Positions 24,432-33,903 of a stretch of 61,863 bases of DNA are shown here, in pieces. Within the stretch, counting starts at the first letter, position 1; each line of letters starts with the position of its first letter. Source of the stretch: a virus (Duplodnaviria; Caudoviricetes); IMG/VR virus record IMGVR_UViG_3300037247_000311, positions 1-61,863 of that record. The stretch is one strand, 5' to 3'. The position numbers were made by a program, and so were the translations under genes. The notes beneath the pieces are model-generated. The model searched no databases, was not told the DNA's origin, and was given only the letters and a program-made list of their open reading frames with translations.

Positions 24432-25125
24432 TAAGCCTCTCGGACATAGGGCCTATGGTAGTATCGGGCATCTCCCTACCAGCCGTCTAGGGCCGGGCGA
24501 TCATGCCGTTCACGAGGGCCAGGCTAGGATTTGTACGGAGAAGGCCCGTGATAAGGCTGATATTATTATTGTGCAGGAGAAGCTGGATGGCAGTTGCGTT
24601 GCTGTAGCTAATCACGATGGTAAGATTATTGCCCTTAGTAGGCGTGGGTATCTTGCTGACACGTCGCCATTCGAGATGCTCCACATGTTTGCCGATTGGG
24701 TGCGTGATAATGAGAGCCGCTTTGCCGCTATCTTGGCCCCCGGCGAGCGTTTAGTTGGTGAGTGGCTGGCTCAGGCCCACGGGACAAGGTATGACTTAAA
24801 ACACGAGCCACTTGTTGTCTTTGATCTGATGACAGCACATGATCGAGTTACGTTACGTGAACTGAGGGCACGTGTGGAGCCAAGTGCATTTATTACATCA
24901 TATCTTGTCCATGAGGGAGAGCCCGTTACTGTTGCTCAGATTCTTCCTTATTTAACTACATGGGGTCACGGGGCGCTTGATCCCGTCGAGGGTGCAGTGT
25001 GGCGGGTCGAACGCCACGGAAAGGTAGACTTCCTTGCTAAGTGGGTGCGTCCTGACAAGGAAGACGGCAGCTATCTGCCAGAGATCAGTGGCGAGGAAGC
25101 CGTGTGGAATTGGCGACCAACATAG
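24418..25125 (+). CDS. ATP-dependent RNA ligase (Rnl2-like nucleotidyltransferase)
   Basis: Motif I QEKLDGS, Ia SRR, III GEW, IIIa VFDL, IV EGAVWR, V AKWVR; no OB domain. Confidence 0.88.
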   Translation: MSHPNKPLGHRAYGSIGHLPTSRLGPGDHAVHEGQARICTEKARDKADIIIVQEKLDGSCVAVANHDGKIIALSRRGYLADTSPFEMLHMFADWVRDNESRFAAILAPGERLVGEWLAQAHGTRYDLKHEPLVVFDLMTAHDRVTLRELRARVEPSAFITSYLVHEGEPVTVAQILPYLTTWGHGALDPVEGAVWRVERHGKVDFLAKWVRPDKEDGSYLPEISGEEAVWNWRPT

Positions 25126-25128
25126 GGC

Positions 25129-25157
25129 TTGACATTACCAGCCAAAGCTGGTAAACT
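25129..25157 (+). promoter_or_regulatory. sigma70-type promoter with inverted repeat across spacer and -10
   Basis: TTGACA-N17-TAAACT; TTACCAGC-CAAA-GCTGGTAA at 25135-25154. Confidence 0.75.
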
Positions 25158-25175
25158 GAATCTAGGAGGCACAGA

Positions 25176-25451
25176 ATGGTTGAACTACCTAGTAATCTGC
25201 ACGCCCCGAAGGGCGGCGGCGCTCTAGCAGGGGCTATCCCGTTGGATTCTCCAGTTGCCCAAGCATTACGGGACTTCACAGGAAAGGCTCTTACGTCCGG
25301 TTGTGTGGCCCTAGTAGCCATCGCAATAACCGAACAAGGGCAGGTTCTGGTAGCCCGTGTTGCACCTGGAGGAGTTGTGCAGTCTCTTGGGATGATCGCA
25401 CTTGGTAAGCATATGGTGCTGGGGAACGCGACACCAGCGGTGCAACAGTAA
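25176..25451 (+). CDS. hypothetical protein
   Basis: AGGAGG SD after the promoter. Confidence 0.7.
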   Translation: MVELPSNLHAPKGGGALAGAIPLDSPVAQALRDFTGKALTSGCVALVAIAITEQGQVLVARVAPGGVVQSLGMIALGKHMVLGNATPAVQQ

Positions 25452-25608
25452 TGGCCGAGATTACTTGCAGTATTTGTTCTGACATAGATGGTGGGCCTGG
25501 CTATTATGCTTCAACCTGTTCTAAGGAGTGTGCTCGTATTGCCCGCCTTGTGGAAAGGCTCGATTGGAGGGCACAGACGTTACGCGAGATACTTATGGGG
25601 GTGCCACA

Positions 25609-25821
25609 ATGAACGCGCTACAAGTAAGCCTATTAGGATTCGAGCGATGCCGCTATCGTTTAGCTTTGGAGACGCTTAAAGATCAGCTATACACACTGGC
25701 CAGCGAGAAAGAGGAGGAACGATTTAACCGTCTCTGGTTAATCGCTGTTGACGCTCTTGATTCTGAGAAGATGGCCGTGTCCGCTGCGAAACAGGGCTTG
25801 TTTCGGGACATGTTTGAATGA
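25609..25821 (+). CDS. hypothetical helical protein
   Basis: Internal ATG (MNALQV) of track ORF 25528..25821, with a GGGGG SD. Confidence 0.5.
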   Translation: MNALQVSLLGFERCRYRLALETLKDQLYTLASEKEEERFNRLWLIAVDALDSEKMAVSAAKQGLFRDMFE

Positions 25822-25918
25822 ATAAGTGCCCACGGGGGAACACAGTGCACTGTTGGCATATCCCTAAGAAGGTCACATTGAAGGATCACTGCTTAGGTGC
25901 CAGCAGGTACTGTTGTAA

Positions 25919-27586
25919 GTGTGGATACGAACAATGAGAGTGCCCTCAACTCCTGCTAGCCTAGGTCTGCCTGCGAACAAGTATCCTACATGGTGGTCAG
26001 GCCAGCAACAGATGATAGACGACGTACTTACTGCCTTTGACGAGTATAAGTATGTGCTCCTCAATGCGCCTTGGGGATCAGGCAAAACGATAGTAGCCAC
26101 GGCTGTACAACGCTTGATGGACGTACGCTCAGTGAACTTAACGCACACGATTCAACTCCAGCGCCAGTATCTCGATACAATGACGTGGGCGAGTGTTGCA
26201 ACAGGGAGACGGAACCATGCTTGCGAACTAGACATATTGAAGGCCACAGGAGTCACTGCTGACGAGGCACCATGCAAAGTGGGAGCGGCGTGTGAGTACA
26301 TTCGGCCTGATGGGTGCTCTTACTACCAAGGGCTTTATGCGGCAGCAGCCAACCCGCAAGCGGTACTTAATTACTCTTACGCCGTGCGAATCCTACAGGG
26401 GCATGGCGTACTAAACGAAATACAGGGCAACCCCTTTCGGAGGGATTTGTTAGTTTGTGATGAGGGTGACTTGGCGGAGGCGGCAATTATTGATGGTGCA
26501 ACAATAGAGTTAGATAAAACATTTGTAGATATGTTCTCCGCACCGCCTCGAACGTCATTATGTGAGCGCTTTATAGCATGGGCACATGACATTAAAGATC
26601 GCGTAATGGCCTGGCTCCGAGGTGAGCAGGAGGGAGTCGTCTGTGACGATCATAGTCTTGTCCTCTGCGATGAATGTGACCACCACCCGTCGAGTAAAAG
26701 GATCAGCGCATTCCACCGTGCAACTGCATTTGTTGCAGGGCTAAGCGCTTTAGCAAAGATCAAACTAGCTAAGGACTGGACTGTTATTAGGGATAACTGG
26801 AAGGTTTGTGTTCGGCCTATCTGGGGTTGGGCAGTAGCACAAGATGTTGTTTTCTGCCACTTTAAGAAGGTGCTAATCATGTCCGCAACGCTGGGCGATC
26901 CAGCTACGCTTGCATGTAAGTTAGACCTAGCACATGGGGATTGGGTGGTTATCAACGTCCCGTGTATATTTCCTGTGGAAAACCGCCCTGTTCTCTACTG
27001 GCCTGTTGCGAAGATGAGCCGAAAGTCAACTGCCGCAGACTTTGACGCGCTCGCGTCAGCAATCAATTGGCTCGCGCACCAGGATGGGCTAGAAAATAAG
27101 AAGGGGATTATTCATACAGGTAGCTTTAGGCTGGCAGAGCAGCTCTTTAGTAGGCTTAAGCAGAGGAGTGCACGTTATATACTTCATGCTGCTGGGGAGC
27201 AAGACGCCAAAGATACTATTATATCCAAGTTGCGACACGACAAGCAGCCGTTAGTTGTTTTGTCTCCATCACTTGCTACGGGATTAGACGTGCCCTATGA
27301 AATAGGCTTTCAGATCGTGGCAAAGGTCCCGTTTGGAAACCTAGCCGACCCTGTTGTACGGGCGCGTAAGGACTATAAGCGTGGCACGGTCCCATTTGGG
27401 CAGATGAACTATGACAATGAGGCGATCAATGCGGTAGTACAGGCGTATGGGCGAGCTGTCCGTGCCCCCGATGATCAAGGGGTGACGTTTATCCTTGATG
27501 GCCACTTTTGGCCACTGTATAAGCGGACGTATACGCCAGAGTACTTTAGTGAGGCGCTGAGATGGTTAAGGAAGGATGGAAATTAG
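25919..27586 (+). CDS. DinG/XPD-family SF2 helicase (Fe-S)
   Basis: Q-motif, NAPWGSGKT, four-Cys cluster after TGRRNHAC, NYSY, CDEGD, MSATL, TGLDVP, KVPF, QAYGRAVRAPDD. Confidence 0.9.
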   Translation: MWIRTMRVPSTPASLGLPANKYPTWWSGQQQMIDDVLTAFDEYKYVLLNAPWGSGKTIVATAVQRLMDVRSVNLTHTIQLQRQYLDTMTWASVATGRRNHACELDILKATGVTADEAPCKVGAACEYIRPDGCSYYQGLYAAAANPQAVLNYSYAVRILQGHGVLNEIQGNPFRRDLLVCDEGDLAEAAIIDGATIELDKTFVDMFSAPPRTSLCERFIAWAHDIKDRVMAWLRGEQEGVVCDDHSLVLCDECDHHPSSKRISAFHRATAFVAGLSALAKIKLAKDWTVIRDNWKVCVRPIWGWAVAQDVVFCHFKKVLIMSATLGDPATLACKLDLAHGDWVVINVPCIFPVENRPVLYWPVAKMSRKSTAADFDALASAINWLAHQDGLENKKGIIHTGSFRLAEQLFSRLKQRSARYILHAAGEQDAKDTIISKLRHDKQPLVVLSPSLATGLDVPYEIGFQIVAKVPFGNLADPVVRARKDYKRGTVPFGQMNYDNEAINAVVQAYGRAVRAPDDQGVTFILDGHFWPLYKRTYTPEYFSEALRWLRKDGN

Positions 27587-27979
27587 ATGGCTAAGAGACA
27601 ACTAACAGCAGAAGAATTGTCTGTACTTCAAACTCTGATGACTACTTTTGTAGATCAGGTGGTAGAACTGGTACAGGAGCTACTTGAACGCAGGTCATTA
27701 GTCCAGAGTAGACCCGACCAAGACGAGCGCGCTGAGGCAGCCGAACACAACTTTGCTGTAGAACATGGTGCGCTCATCGCTTTAGAGGGGGATGTAAGTC
27801 GGGTTTATGATGAGGTTACCTTTGGTATGTTTTCTAAGCCAAACACATCGCCGTCTGCTATTATCGAACGGGTAGAGGAATTGCGGGCTAAGGATATAAA
27901 GGAGGCAGTAGCTCATGCTATAGATGTAGTCATGGATGAGTTTGAGTTGTGCTCCCACGATATAGATGAAAGGAGGTGA
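27587..27979 (+). CDS. hypothetical protein
   Basis: Directly follows the helicase. Confidence 0.7.
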   Translation: MAKRQLTAEELSVLQTLMTTFVDQVVELVQELLERRSLVQSRPDQDERAEAAEHNFAVEHGALIALEGDVSRVYDEVTFGMFSKPNTSPSAIIERVEELRAKDIKEAVAHAIDVVMDEFELCSHDIDERR

Positions 27980-28159
27980 AATAGATGTACGTTAGATGGG
28001 AAGGCAAGAGAGCAGATGGCGAAATCGTTAGTGCAACGCTCCCGCTTGTTATAGCATTGCGAGGCCACGAGCCCATACTCCCTGGGGTTCTAGACGGATC
28101 GGTGTCTGCGAGAATTGTGGACGAGTTAGACGCGAAGTAAGACTAAGGAGGTAACACAA

Positions 28160-28990
28160 GTGACTGAAGACGAGAAGGTATTCGCAGGTATCAGCATTGA
28201 CCCGGATGACTATGAAGAGCCGAGCCAAACATGGCCAGCAGAGATCATTGTCAGTGAGTTTCGTATGGCATCAGAGGAGTATTGTATTGCAAAGCTAACG
28301 AAGTCTCCTGATCCTGCGAAGGAGGAACTCCCGCAGTGGAACCTGCAAGTCAGACGGTTGGACGCCGTTCGGCAGGAGTTGGATGGATCACAGTCGGATG
28401 ACATAGTGTACGGTCGAGGTTTCTATGGGGCTATCGACATGAAGCGGTGGAGCGACCGCACTAACGACGGTAAGGGGGGCCTTATTGCACTTGGCCCTCG
28501 GCACTTGAAGGATTGGTCGATCCTTACAGCGTACAAGGTGGTACTCGGCCAAGTACAGCCACCAAGTCTACTTGTAGGCAAGAAACTGACGTTTGAGTAC
28601 TTTCCGATCAAGGTATTCAATGGGTTCGCGGCTCGCCGCGTGCTCTATCCCCGGACAGTGCTTGATCCAGGTTTCGAGTTTACGGATGAGAAGTTCGTCT
28701 TTGTTGCACGTGAGCAAGAAGATGATGACACGCCGACAGAGGGTACGAACGTTCCAGCCACTGGCGGCTCAACTGATCTACTAAGCGAAGCGGATGCAAT
28801 GGCGCTACTTCCCGGATTGTTCGTTGGACAGAAGAGCGACGACGTAGCGGGCTTGATTGGAGTCATTCCACAGAACGCACGGCTTCCTGTGATTCTCAAC
28901 GCAGTAGCTACAGGAGACCTTGTGAAGCAGCTAGCAGCGGACGGTAAGCTAACCATTAACACTGAGACAGGTGTGATTGGAGCAGCCTAA
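28160..28990 (+). CDS. putative single-stranded DNA-binding / recombination protein
   Basis: Strong AAGGAGGT SD; beta-rich body with an acidic linker; sits in the helicase-nuclease-ATPase module. Context-based call only. Confidence 0.35.
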   Translation: MTEDEKVFAGISIDPDDYEEPSQTWPAEIIVSEFRMASEEYCIAKLTKSPDPAKEELPQWNLQVRRLDAVRQELDGSQSDDIVYGRGFYGAIDMKRWSDRTNDGKGGLIALGPRHLKDWSILTAYKVVLGQVQPPSLLVGKKLTFEYFPIKVFNGFAARRVLYPRTVLDPGFEFTDEKFVFVAREQEDDDTPTEGTNVPATGGSTDLLSEADAMALLPGLFVGQKSDDVAGLIGVIPQNARLPVILNAVATGDLVKQLAADGKLTINTETGVIGAA

Positions 28991-29205
28991 TGCTAAGGAT
29001 TGAGCCATCGCTATGTGAGGGCGGTCCCGTGTACGTCACGCTCGATCAACCAGGGGCGCATGTAGTCGTCGCGTTTCCATCTGACGCCGTTGTACGGGTA
29101 TGCCAATCAGCACGCGGTGCTAAGCAGGCCCCTGATGGATCATGGTACTGCCCGCTAGACGAATACTCCTTCTATTTTGAGAGGCTTGAGGATGGACTGG
29201 ACTGA
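28990..29205 (+). CDS. hypothetical protein
   Basis: Coupled ORF. Confidence 0.6.
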   Translation: MLRIEPSLCEGGPVYVTLDQPGAHVVVAFPSDAVVRVCQSARGAKQAPDGSWYCPLDEYSFYFERLEDGLD

Positions 29206-30139
29206 CGATTATACTATCGAATATGATTTCGAGTACACGGAGTACTCGAACCAGCGCGTCCGTGATAAGTATGGATCGTCTGGGCCGCGCAATGCGACTC
29301 ATGCATCTGACCTGTTTTTCTGTCTCAGGAAGGCGTGGCTCAAGCAGGCTATCTTACGAGGCGACATCGAGGCTACAGTTGATGGAGATGAAATCTCCGA
29401 TGCTACACTAGATGTCGGTGATGATACGATCCTCACCTGGTCAGGTGGGCTGATGTTTGAGGACCTCGTATCAGAAGGGGAACGCCAGCCTGCCTCAACA
29501 TACTGCTGGACATGCGGGGCAGTAGGCCGGATGCCCAATAAGGCTCCTGGTGAGCCTGAACAGGCACACTGTCCCGTATGTCGAAACCGCTGGTTGGTAT
29601 TCACCCCTGATTACATTGCCAATGGTATCGTACATGAAGCAAAGGAGACACGTAAGAGCCGTCGTCAGGGGCCTGCAAACGCTCCCTGGTGGATGGATCA
29701 GCTACGTACGTACTTCGCGTTTGCCAAGCAGGCAGGGTGGACGACGGCGCCGTATGCAAGGCTCGTTGTAAAGTGGCTTATGGGGGATTACGGGCGCAAG
29801 AAGAAGGGCCTGCGCCCACTTCCCCCATCTGCTGCACTAGACGCCTTTCGTATCGTGTTCGATGAGGATCGGCTATCAGAGTGGTTAGTAGAACTACGGC
29901 GAAGGTCAGCGATTACGGAGGGTAGTAAACTGCCGCCCCTCAATGGGATGGGCAGTGGTAGTGAGCAAGTGCCGGCCTACGACTGGGAATGCAGCTCCTG
30001 CCTGGTAGGTAAGGCTGCTGGTTGTGAGATGTGGAAATGGGACGCTGATGATAAGGAGATCACTGGAGTAGAATTGGAGGTAGTAGATGGCCCACGCGAG
30101 ACTGATCAAGACATGTCAGCTATGCCAGAAGACGATTAG
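29192..30139 (+). CDS. PD-(D/E)XK Cas4/RecB-like exonuclease with inserted Zn ribbon
   Basis: HASDLFFCLRK, TPD...EAK, QLRTY and C-terminal CSSC...C; internal CWTC...CPVC. Confidence 0.8.
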   Translation: MDWTDDYTIEYDFEYTEYSNQRVRDKYGSSGPRNATHASDLFFCLRKAWLKQAILRGDIEATVDGDEISDATLDVGDDTILTWSGGLMFEDLVSEGERQPASTYCWTCGAVGRMPNKAPGEPEQAHCPVCRNRWLVFTPDYIANGIVHEAKETRKSRRQGPANAPWWMDQLRTYFAFAKQAGWTTAPYARLVVKWLMGDYGRKKKGLRPLPPSAALDAFRIVFDEDRLSEWLVELRRRSAITEGSKLPPLNGMGSGSEQVPAYDWECSSCLVGKAAGCEMWKWDADDKEITGVELEVVDGPRETDQDMSAMPEDD

Positions 30140-30314
30140 GGTTGACATTGTGCAGAATGGGTGTGAGAACAGCGACTGTAGTGACACACAGCGCGAGACG
30201 TTTGCGTATTGTCCAATCTGCCATAAGACTACTGACCAACTAGCCAGTCTGGTTCATATAGGTACGACTATACACCAGATTGATCAGCCGCTAGGAGGCC
30301 CTAATGTCAGTTGA
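30087..30314 (+). CDS. small Zn-finger protein
   Basis: GGAGGT SD; CQLC...C...C...CPIC. Confidence 0.6.
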   Translation: MAHARLIKTCQLCQKTIRVDIVQNGCENSDCSDTQRETFAYCPICHKTTDQLASLVHIGTTIHQIDQPLGGPNVS

Positions 30315-31143
30315 AGACGTACGATCCAGGTACGGTGCCGTCTCTGGTACGGATGTAGTCACCAATGGTGGGCCACTTACGTTCTCCATATCTGTAGAGG
30401 GCCTCGAAGGTACAGGGAAGACACGGTTCGGGCTCCTAACCTGTCCACGGCCTCTGGTACACGTGAACTTTGGAGACCGCGATGCTACACCATTGCTTTA
30501 TGATGCATCAGAGGAGCGCCGTAAGGACATCACGCTCTACGCTCAACATGCACAGTCGCCTGACGGCTGGACACGCGCAGAGGCTAAGGCATCTCTTGAG
30601 GCTCTAGCAGAGATCGCACGGGGGCACCTATCTGATGGAGGACTTGCCGGTGGAACCTTCATTATTGACTCAGGGTCTACATGGTGGGAAGCCTTACAGG
30701 AGGTGTATGTCGCTCCCGAGCAGGAGAAGCGCGATGCCGAAGGGGGCAAGCGCCGGGGCGGACTAGAGTACACCAAGGCCAATATGATTCTCTCTGGTGT
30801 CCTTAATTGGATCAAGAATCAAGGCGCCTTTCTGGTCATCACCCATACGAAGGCTCAGGAGTGGGACGCACAAGGCCCTGTACCTGGAAAGTATCGCGCC
30901 CGCCTAAACAACCGCGTACCATACATCGTCGAGGTACGCCTGGACTTGACTAAGGAGTGTGCCACCTGCGCTGCACCTGACTGTAAGGCCCACGTGGGGC
31001 GGAAGCACATCGGCCAGCTCATAAAGTTTGGCCGCAATACGGGCCTAGAGGGAATGAAGTTCGAGGGGAAGGCTGTCAGCTTTGAGATGATCTACAAGTT
31101 GTATACAGGTGGTGCGTTTCCAAATGAAGGGGCGTTGGAGTGA
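30304..31143 (+). CDS. Sak4-like / AAA_24 P-loop ATPase
   Basis: Walker A GLEGTGKT, Walker B FIIDS, LVITH; adjacent to a Cas4-like nuclease. Confidence 0.75.
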   Translation: MSVEDVRSRYGAVSGTDVVTNGGPLTFSISVEGLEGTGKTRFGLLTCPRPLVHVNFGDRDATPLLYDASEERRKDITLYAQHAQSPDGWTRAEAKASLEALAEIARGHLSDGGLAGGTFIIDSGSTWWEALQEVYVAPEQEKRDAEGGKRRGGLEYTKANMILSGVLNWIKNQGAFLVITHTKAQEWDAQGPVPGKYRARLNNRVPYIVEVRLDLTKECATCAAPDCKAHVGRKHIGQLIKFGRNTGLEGMKFEGKAVSFEMIYKLYTGGAFPNEGALE

Positions 31144-31961
31144 CTAAGGCTAAGCCTGCCCCCATCTCCCCTGTAGTTCTCGTAGATGACCGCGAGCCTG
31201 ATCATATGCCAGGGCTTCTAAAGTCTTACGGTGTGCAGCCTGTAGTTAGCCGTCTCAAGTACGGAGACTACATGTGCTATCCACATGGACTAACGATGCT
31301 TATAGAGCTAAAGAGCGTGTCTGATCTCCTAGGGTCTATGAGGTCGAAGCGTCTAGTCGCTCAAGCACATGGGATAGCCGAGACCGCCGATCTGGCTTTT
31401 ATCATGGTAAGAGGTCGCTACACAGAGGCTGGGGGCGTAGTCACATACCAAGCGCCGGGACACCCACAAGCCGACAGTGACGGCTGGGTACGCTCTGGCT
31501 GGAACTGGGATGCCTTCCAGGCTATCAAGACAGACATCACGCTACTGGGAGTAGACTTCATAGATTGCCCGAATGAGAACGACGCAGCACGAGAGATCGT
31601 TCGGCTGGTTACTACGCTATCCAAAGATGAACACAAGTGGTTGAAGCAACGGACACGACCAGAAGTCCTGACCCTTGACAAAGCTTACGAAAATGCGGTA
31701 TGGTCATTAGCGGCCTTTGACGGGATAGGGCCAGATACGGCTGAGGCGATGCTAAAGGCTTACGGGTCAGTAGCTGCAATCGTTAATGTAGCCTATGTAT
31801 ATAGTGCAAGTCATGGGTATGTTGAGAGCGCTAAGCAGATGGCTAGAAAGGTAGACGGCCTAGGCCCTAAGCGGGCGCAGCGGTTTATTGAGGAGGTAAC
31901 ACAACAGTGGAGTACAACCAATGAGCTAGGTGAGGCCCATGGCCTGCTGGTGAAACCTTAA
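31140..31961 (+). CDS. ERCC4/XPF-family nuclease with HhH motifs (likely branch resolvase)
   Basis: VLVDDREP, LKYGDY, IELKSVSDLLGS..RL..Q; HhH motifs DGIGPDTA and DGLGPKRA. Confidence 0.88.
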   Translation: MTKAKPAPISPVVLVDDREPDHMPGLLKSYGVQPVVSRLKYGDYMCYPHGLTMLIELKSVSDLLGSMRSKRLVAQAHGIAETADLAFIMVRGRYTEAGGVVTYQAPGHPQADSDGWVRSGWNWDAFQAIKTDITLLGVDFIDCPNENDAAREIVRLVTTLSKDEHKWLKQRTRPEVLTLDKAYENAVWSLAAFDGIGPDTAEAMLKAYGSVAAIVNVAYVYSASHGYVESAKQMARKVDGLGPKRAQRFIEEVTQQWSTTNELGEAHGLLVKP

Positions 31962-32389
31962 TGAGAGTACGAGTCCACATTATTGGGTCTCTCCGTAACC
32001 CAGAAGTGCCTAACCTTGGCAACCGTCTGCGGTTTTTGGGATTTGATGTGTTCGATGACTGGTGGGGTGCAGGCGAACGGGCTGATGACTCCTGGCAGCA
32101 GTATGAGGACATACGAGGGCGCTCCTACAAGGAAGCCCTAGCTGGTGATGCAGCAGACAACATTTTCTCCTGGGATGTAGTCAATCTGAACAAGTCGGAT
32201 GTTGCTGTTCTCTTTCTTCCCGCAGGGAAATCTGGGCATATAGAATTTGGGTACATGGTGGGACAGAACAAGCCAGCGTTTGTGCTCTTTGACGAAGTAC
32301 CGAAGCGATATGACTTGATGTATCGGTTTGCGTCAGATGTCTTCTTTGATGTGGAAGACCTGCTTACTATGTTCGATAGGGAGTTTTAG
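31961..32389 (+). CDS. nucleoside 2-deoxyribosyltransferase-like protein
   Basis: IFSWDVVNLNKSDVAVLFLPAGKSGHIEFGYMVGQNKP matches the NDT-superfamily D...D...S/G..E.G pattern. Confidence 0.8.
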   Translation: MRVRVHIIGSLRNPEVPNLGNRLRFLGFDVFDDWWGAGERADDSWQQYEDIRGRSYKEALAGDAADNIFSWDVVNLNKSDVAVLFLPAGKSGHIEFGYMVGQNKPAFVLFDEVPKRYDLMYRFASDVFFDVEDLLTMFDREF

Positions 32390-32390
32390 T

Positions 32391-33029
32391 ATGTCCTACC
32401 TAGGCTTACAATCTGTACGCCACGGCAACTCTGGTGCCTGCATCGAAGACTGCTTCCGTATCCACTTTCCTGATGCTCAACTCGTCGCTGATCTGACATG
32501 GGGTGATGGGCGGTTCTGGAAGTGGCCGTCGGAAGACATCCAGCAGCCAACCTTAATTGGTCTAGACGCAGTTGCTCGACCAGGCGTAAGTATCCAGTCT
32601 GATTACCGCTGGATACCTCTTCAAGATAACAGTGTAAGCGTAACAGTTTTTGATCCTGCTTATATCTTTTCCCCGGGTCTTCGGGGAATTATAGGCGCGA
32701 AGCGTGGCTTTCGTGGGGGGCCTGATGCGTGCGTGCCTTATAATGCCCCTGATCTCCAAAGACATACGGCCCTTGCAATGGCTCAAATGCGCCGGATCGC
32801 ACGACAGGGGATGATCCTTAAAGGCCAAAACTTGATTACTAGCCAACACCCTAACTGGTGGACATATCAGGTTATGGAAACTGGGCAGAAACTTTTTGGT
32901 GTTTGGCCTGAGGATATACTCATTCAGGTAAGCCCAGCGGCTCGGATGATTGATCCACGATGGAAGAACCAGTATCATTTTAGACGATCTGAAGCATATT
33001 ACCTGATCTACAAGTGGAGCGATGACTAG
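32391..33029 (+). CDS. SAM-dependent DNA amino-methyltransferase-like protein
   Basis: DLTWGDGRFW SAM-binding motif and VFDPAY (DPPY-like). Confidence 0.75.
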   Translation: MSYLGLQSVRHGNSGACIEDCFRIHFPDAQLVADLTWGDGRFWKWPSEDIQQPTLIGLDAVARPGVSIQSDYRWIPLQDNSVSVTVFDPAYIFSPGLRGIIGAKRGFRGGPDACVPYNAPDLQRHTALAMAQMRRIARQGMILKGQNLITSQHPNWWTYQVMETGQKLFGVWPEDILIQVSPAARMIDPRWKNQYHFRRSEAYYLIYKWSDD

Positions 33030-33174
33030 TGGAAGTCCACAAAGAAGAACTCTGTATCGGTTGTAATCAGTTACGTTGGTGTGTCTTACTTGTACCCGAT
33101 CATATACCAACCCTCTGCCTTTGTATGGTCTGCCTCGCAGATGCGATGCTAGCCCTGGCAGATAGGGAGGAGGA

Positions 33175-33471
33175 GTGATAGTAGCTGATGAACACGGCTG
33201 GCAGTGGTCAATTCAGAACGGCGATCCTGTGGCCTCTGCAGGTGCCCGTCTAGCGCGTCTTGGCTACCAGAAGATCATCCTCCCGCGTGTTACAATTATG
33301 CAAGGTATTATGAATGGGGGGCCAACTATAGAAGACCTGGAATCTGACGCACGTGCATACGTGGCACTAGAAGATGTAGTGGACGACGACAGTAGAAAAG
33401 CCCTAGCTGCCGCCTTTCTACAGCGTATGACGCTCTATGACATCTGCAAGGCGCTGCCAGGTGTGCTATAA
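33175..33471 (+). CDS. hypothetical protein
   Basis: GGAGGAGG SD. Confidence 0.65.
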   Translation: MIVADEHGWQWSIQNGDPVASAGARLARLGYQKIILPRVTIMQGIMNGGPTIEDLESDARAYVALEDVVDDDSRKALAAAFLQRMTLYDICKALPGVL

Positions 33472-33486
33472 TTAAGTGGTAGGAGG

Positions 33487-33903
33487 TTGTGTATGGCACG
33501 ACGACGTACGAAGAAGACCCTCAAAGAACGTGTGAATAAGTACCTAGTTGAGTGGGCCGATTTCTTAGGGCTATCACAGACGTGGGAGATTAACTTCCAG
33601 TTTGTTGACGAAATTGAGGGTGAGACCGCAGGTGGTCATGAGGCGGGTGCAGTCATAGCTATATTCTTCCCCTACCAGCGGGCAGAGATACAAATACTTA
33701 AAGCTCTTGACAACCATACAGACTACGATATTGAGCGGTCTATATTACACGAGCTAACGCACATCCCTCTATCGTTTACGCTTGCCTACCTGAAGACTGC
33801 GGCGTCACAGGAAGTGTATGATGTTGTATGGGGTCAGATGGAAACCGTGGCTGACGTTTTTACGCGGCTGCTTCTTCGACAGAAGTATGAGGTGAAGCGC
33901 TAG
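33487..33903 (+). CDS. putative zincin-like metallopeptidase
   Basis: ILHELTH (HExxH) followed by a later Glu; extended -10 TGCTATAAT upstream. Confidence 0.6.
   Translation: MCMARRRTKKTLKERVNKYLVEWADFLGLSQTWEINFQFVDEIEGETAGGHEAGAVIAIFFPYQRAEIQILKALDNHTDYDIERSILHELTHIPLSFTLAYLKTAASQEVYDVVWGQMETVADVFTRLLLRQKYEVKR

Noticed and set aside
29192-30139. CRISPR-Cas adaptation module (Cas4)
   Set aside because: No cas1/cas2 and no repeat-spacer array seen anywhere; stand-alone Cas4-like nucleases are common in phage recombination modules.
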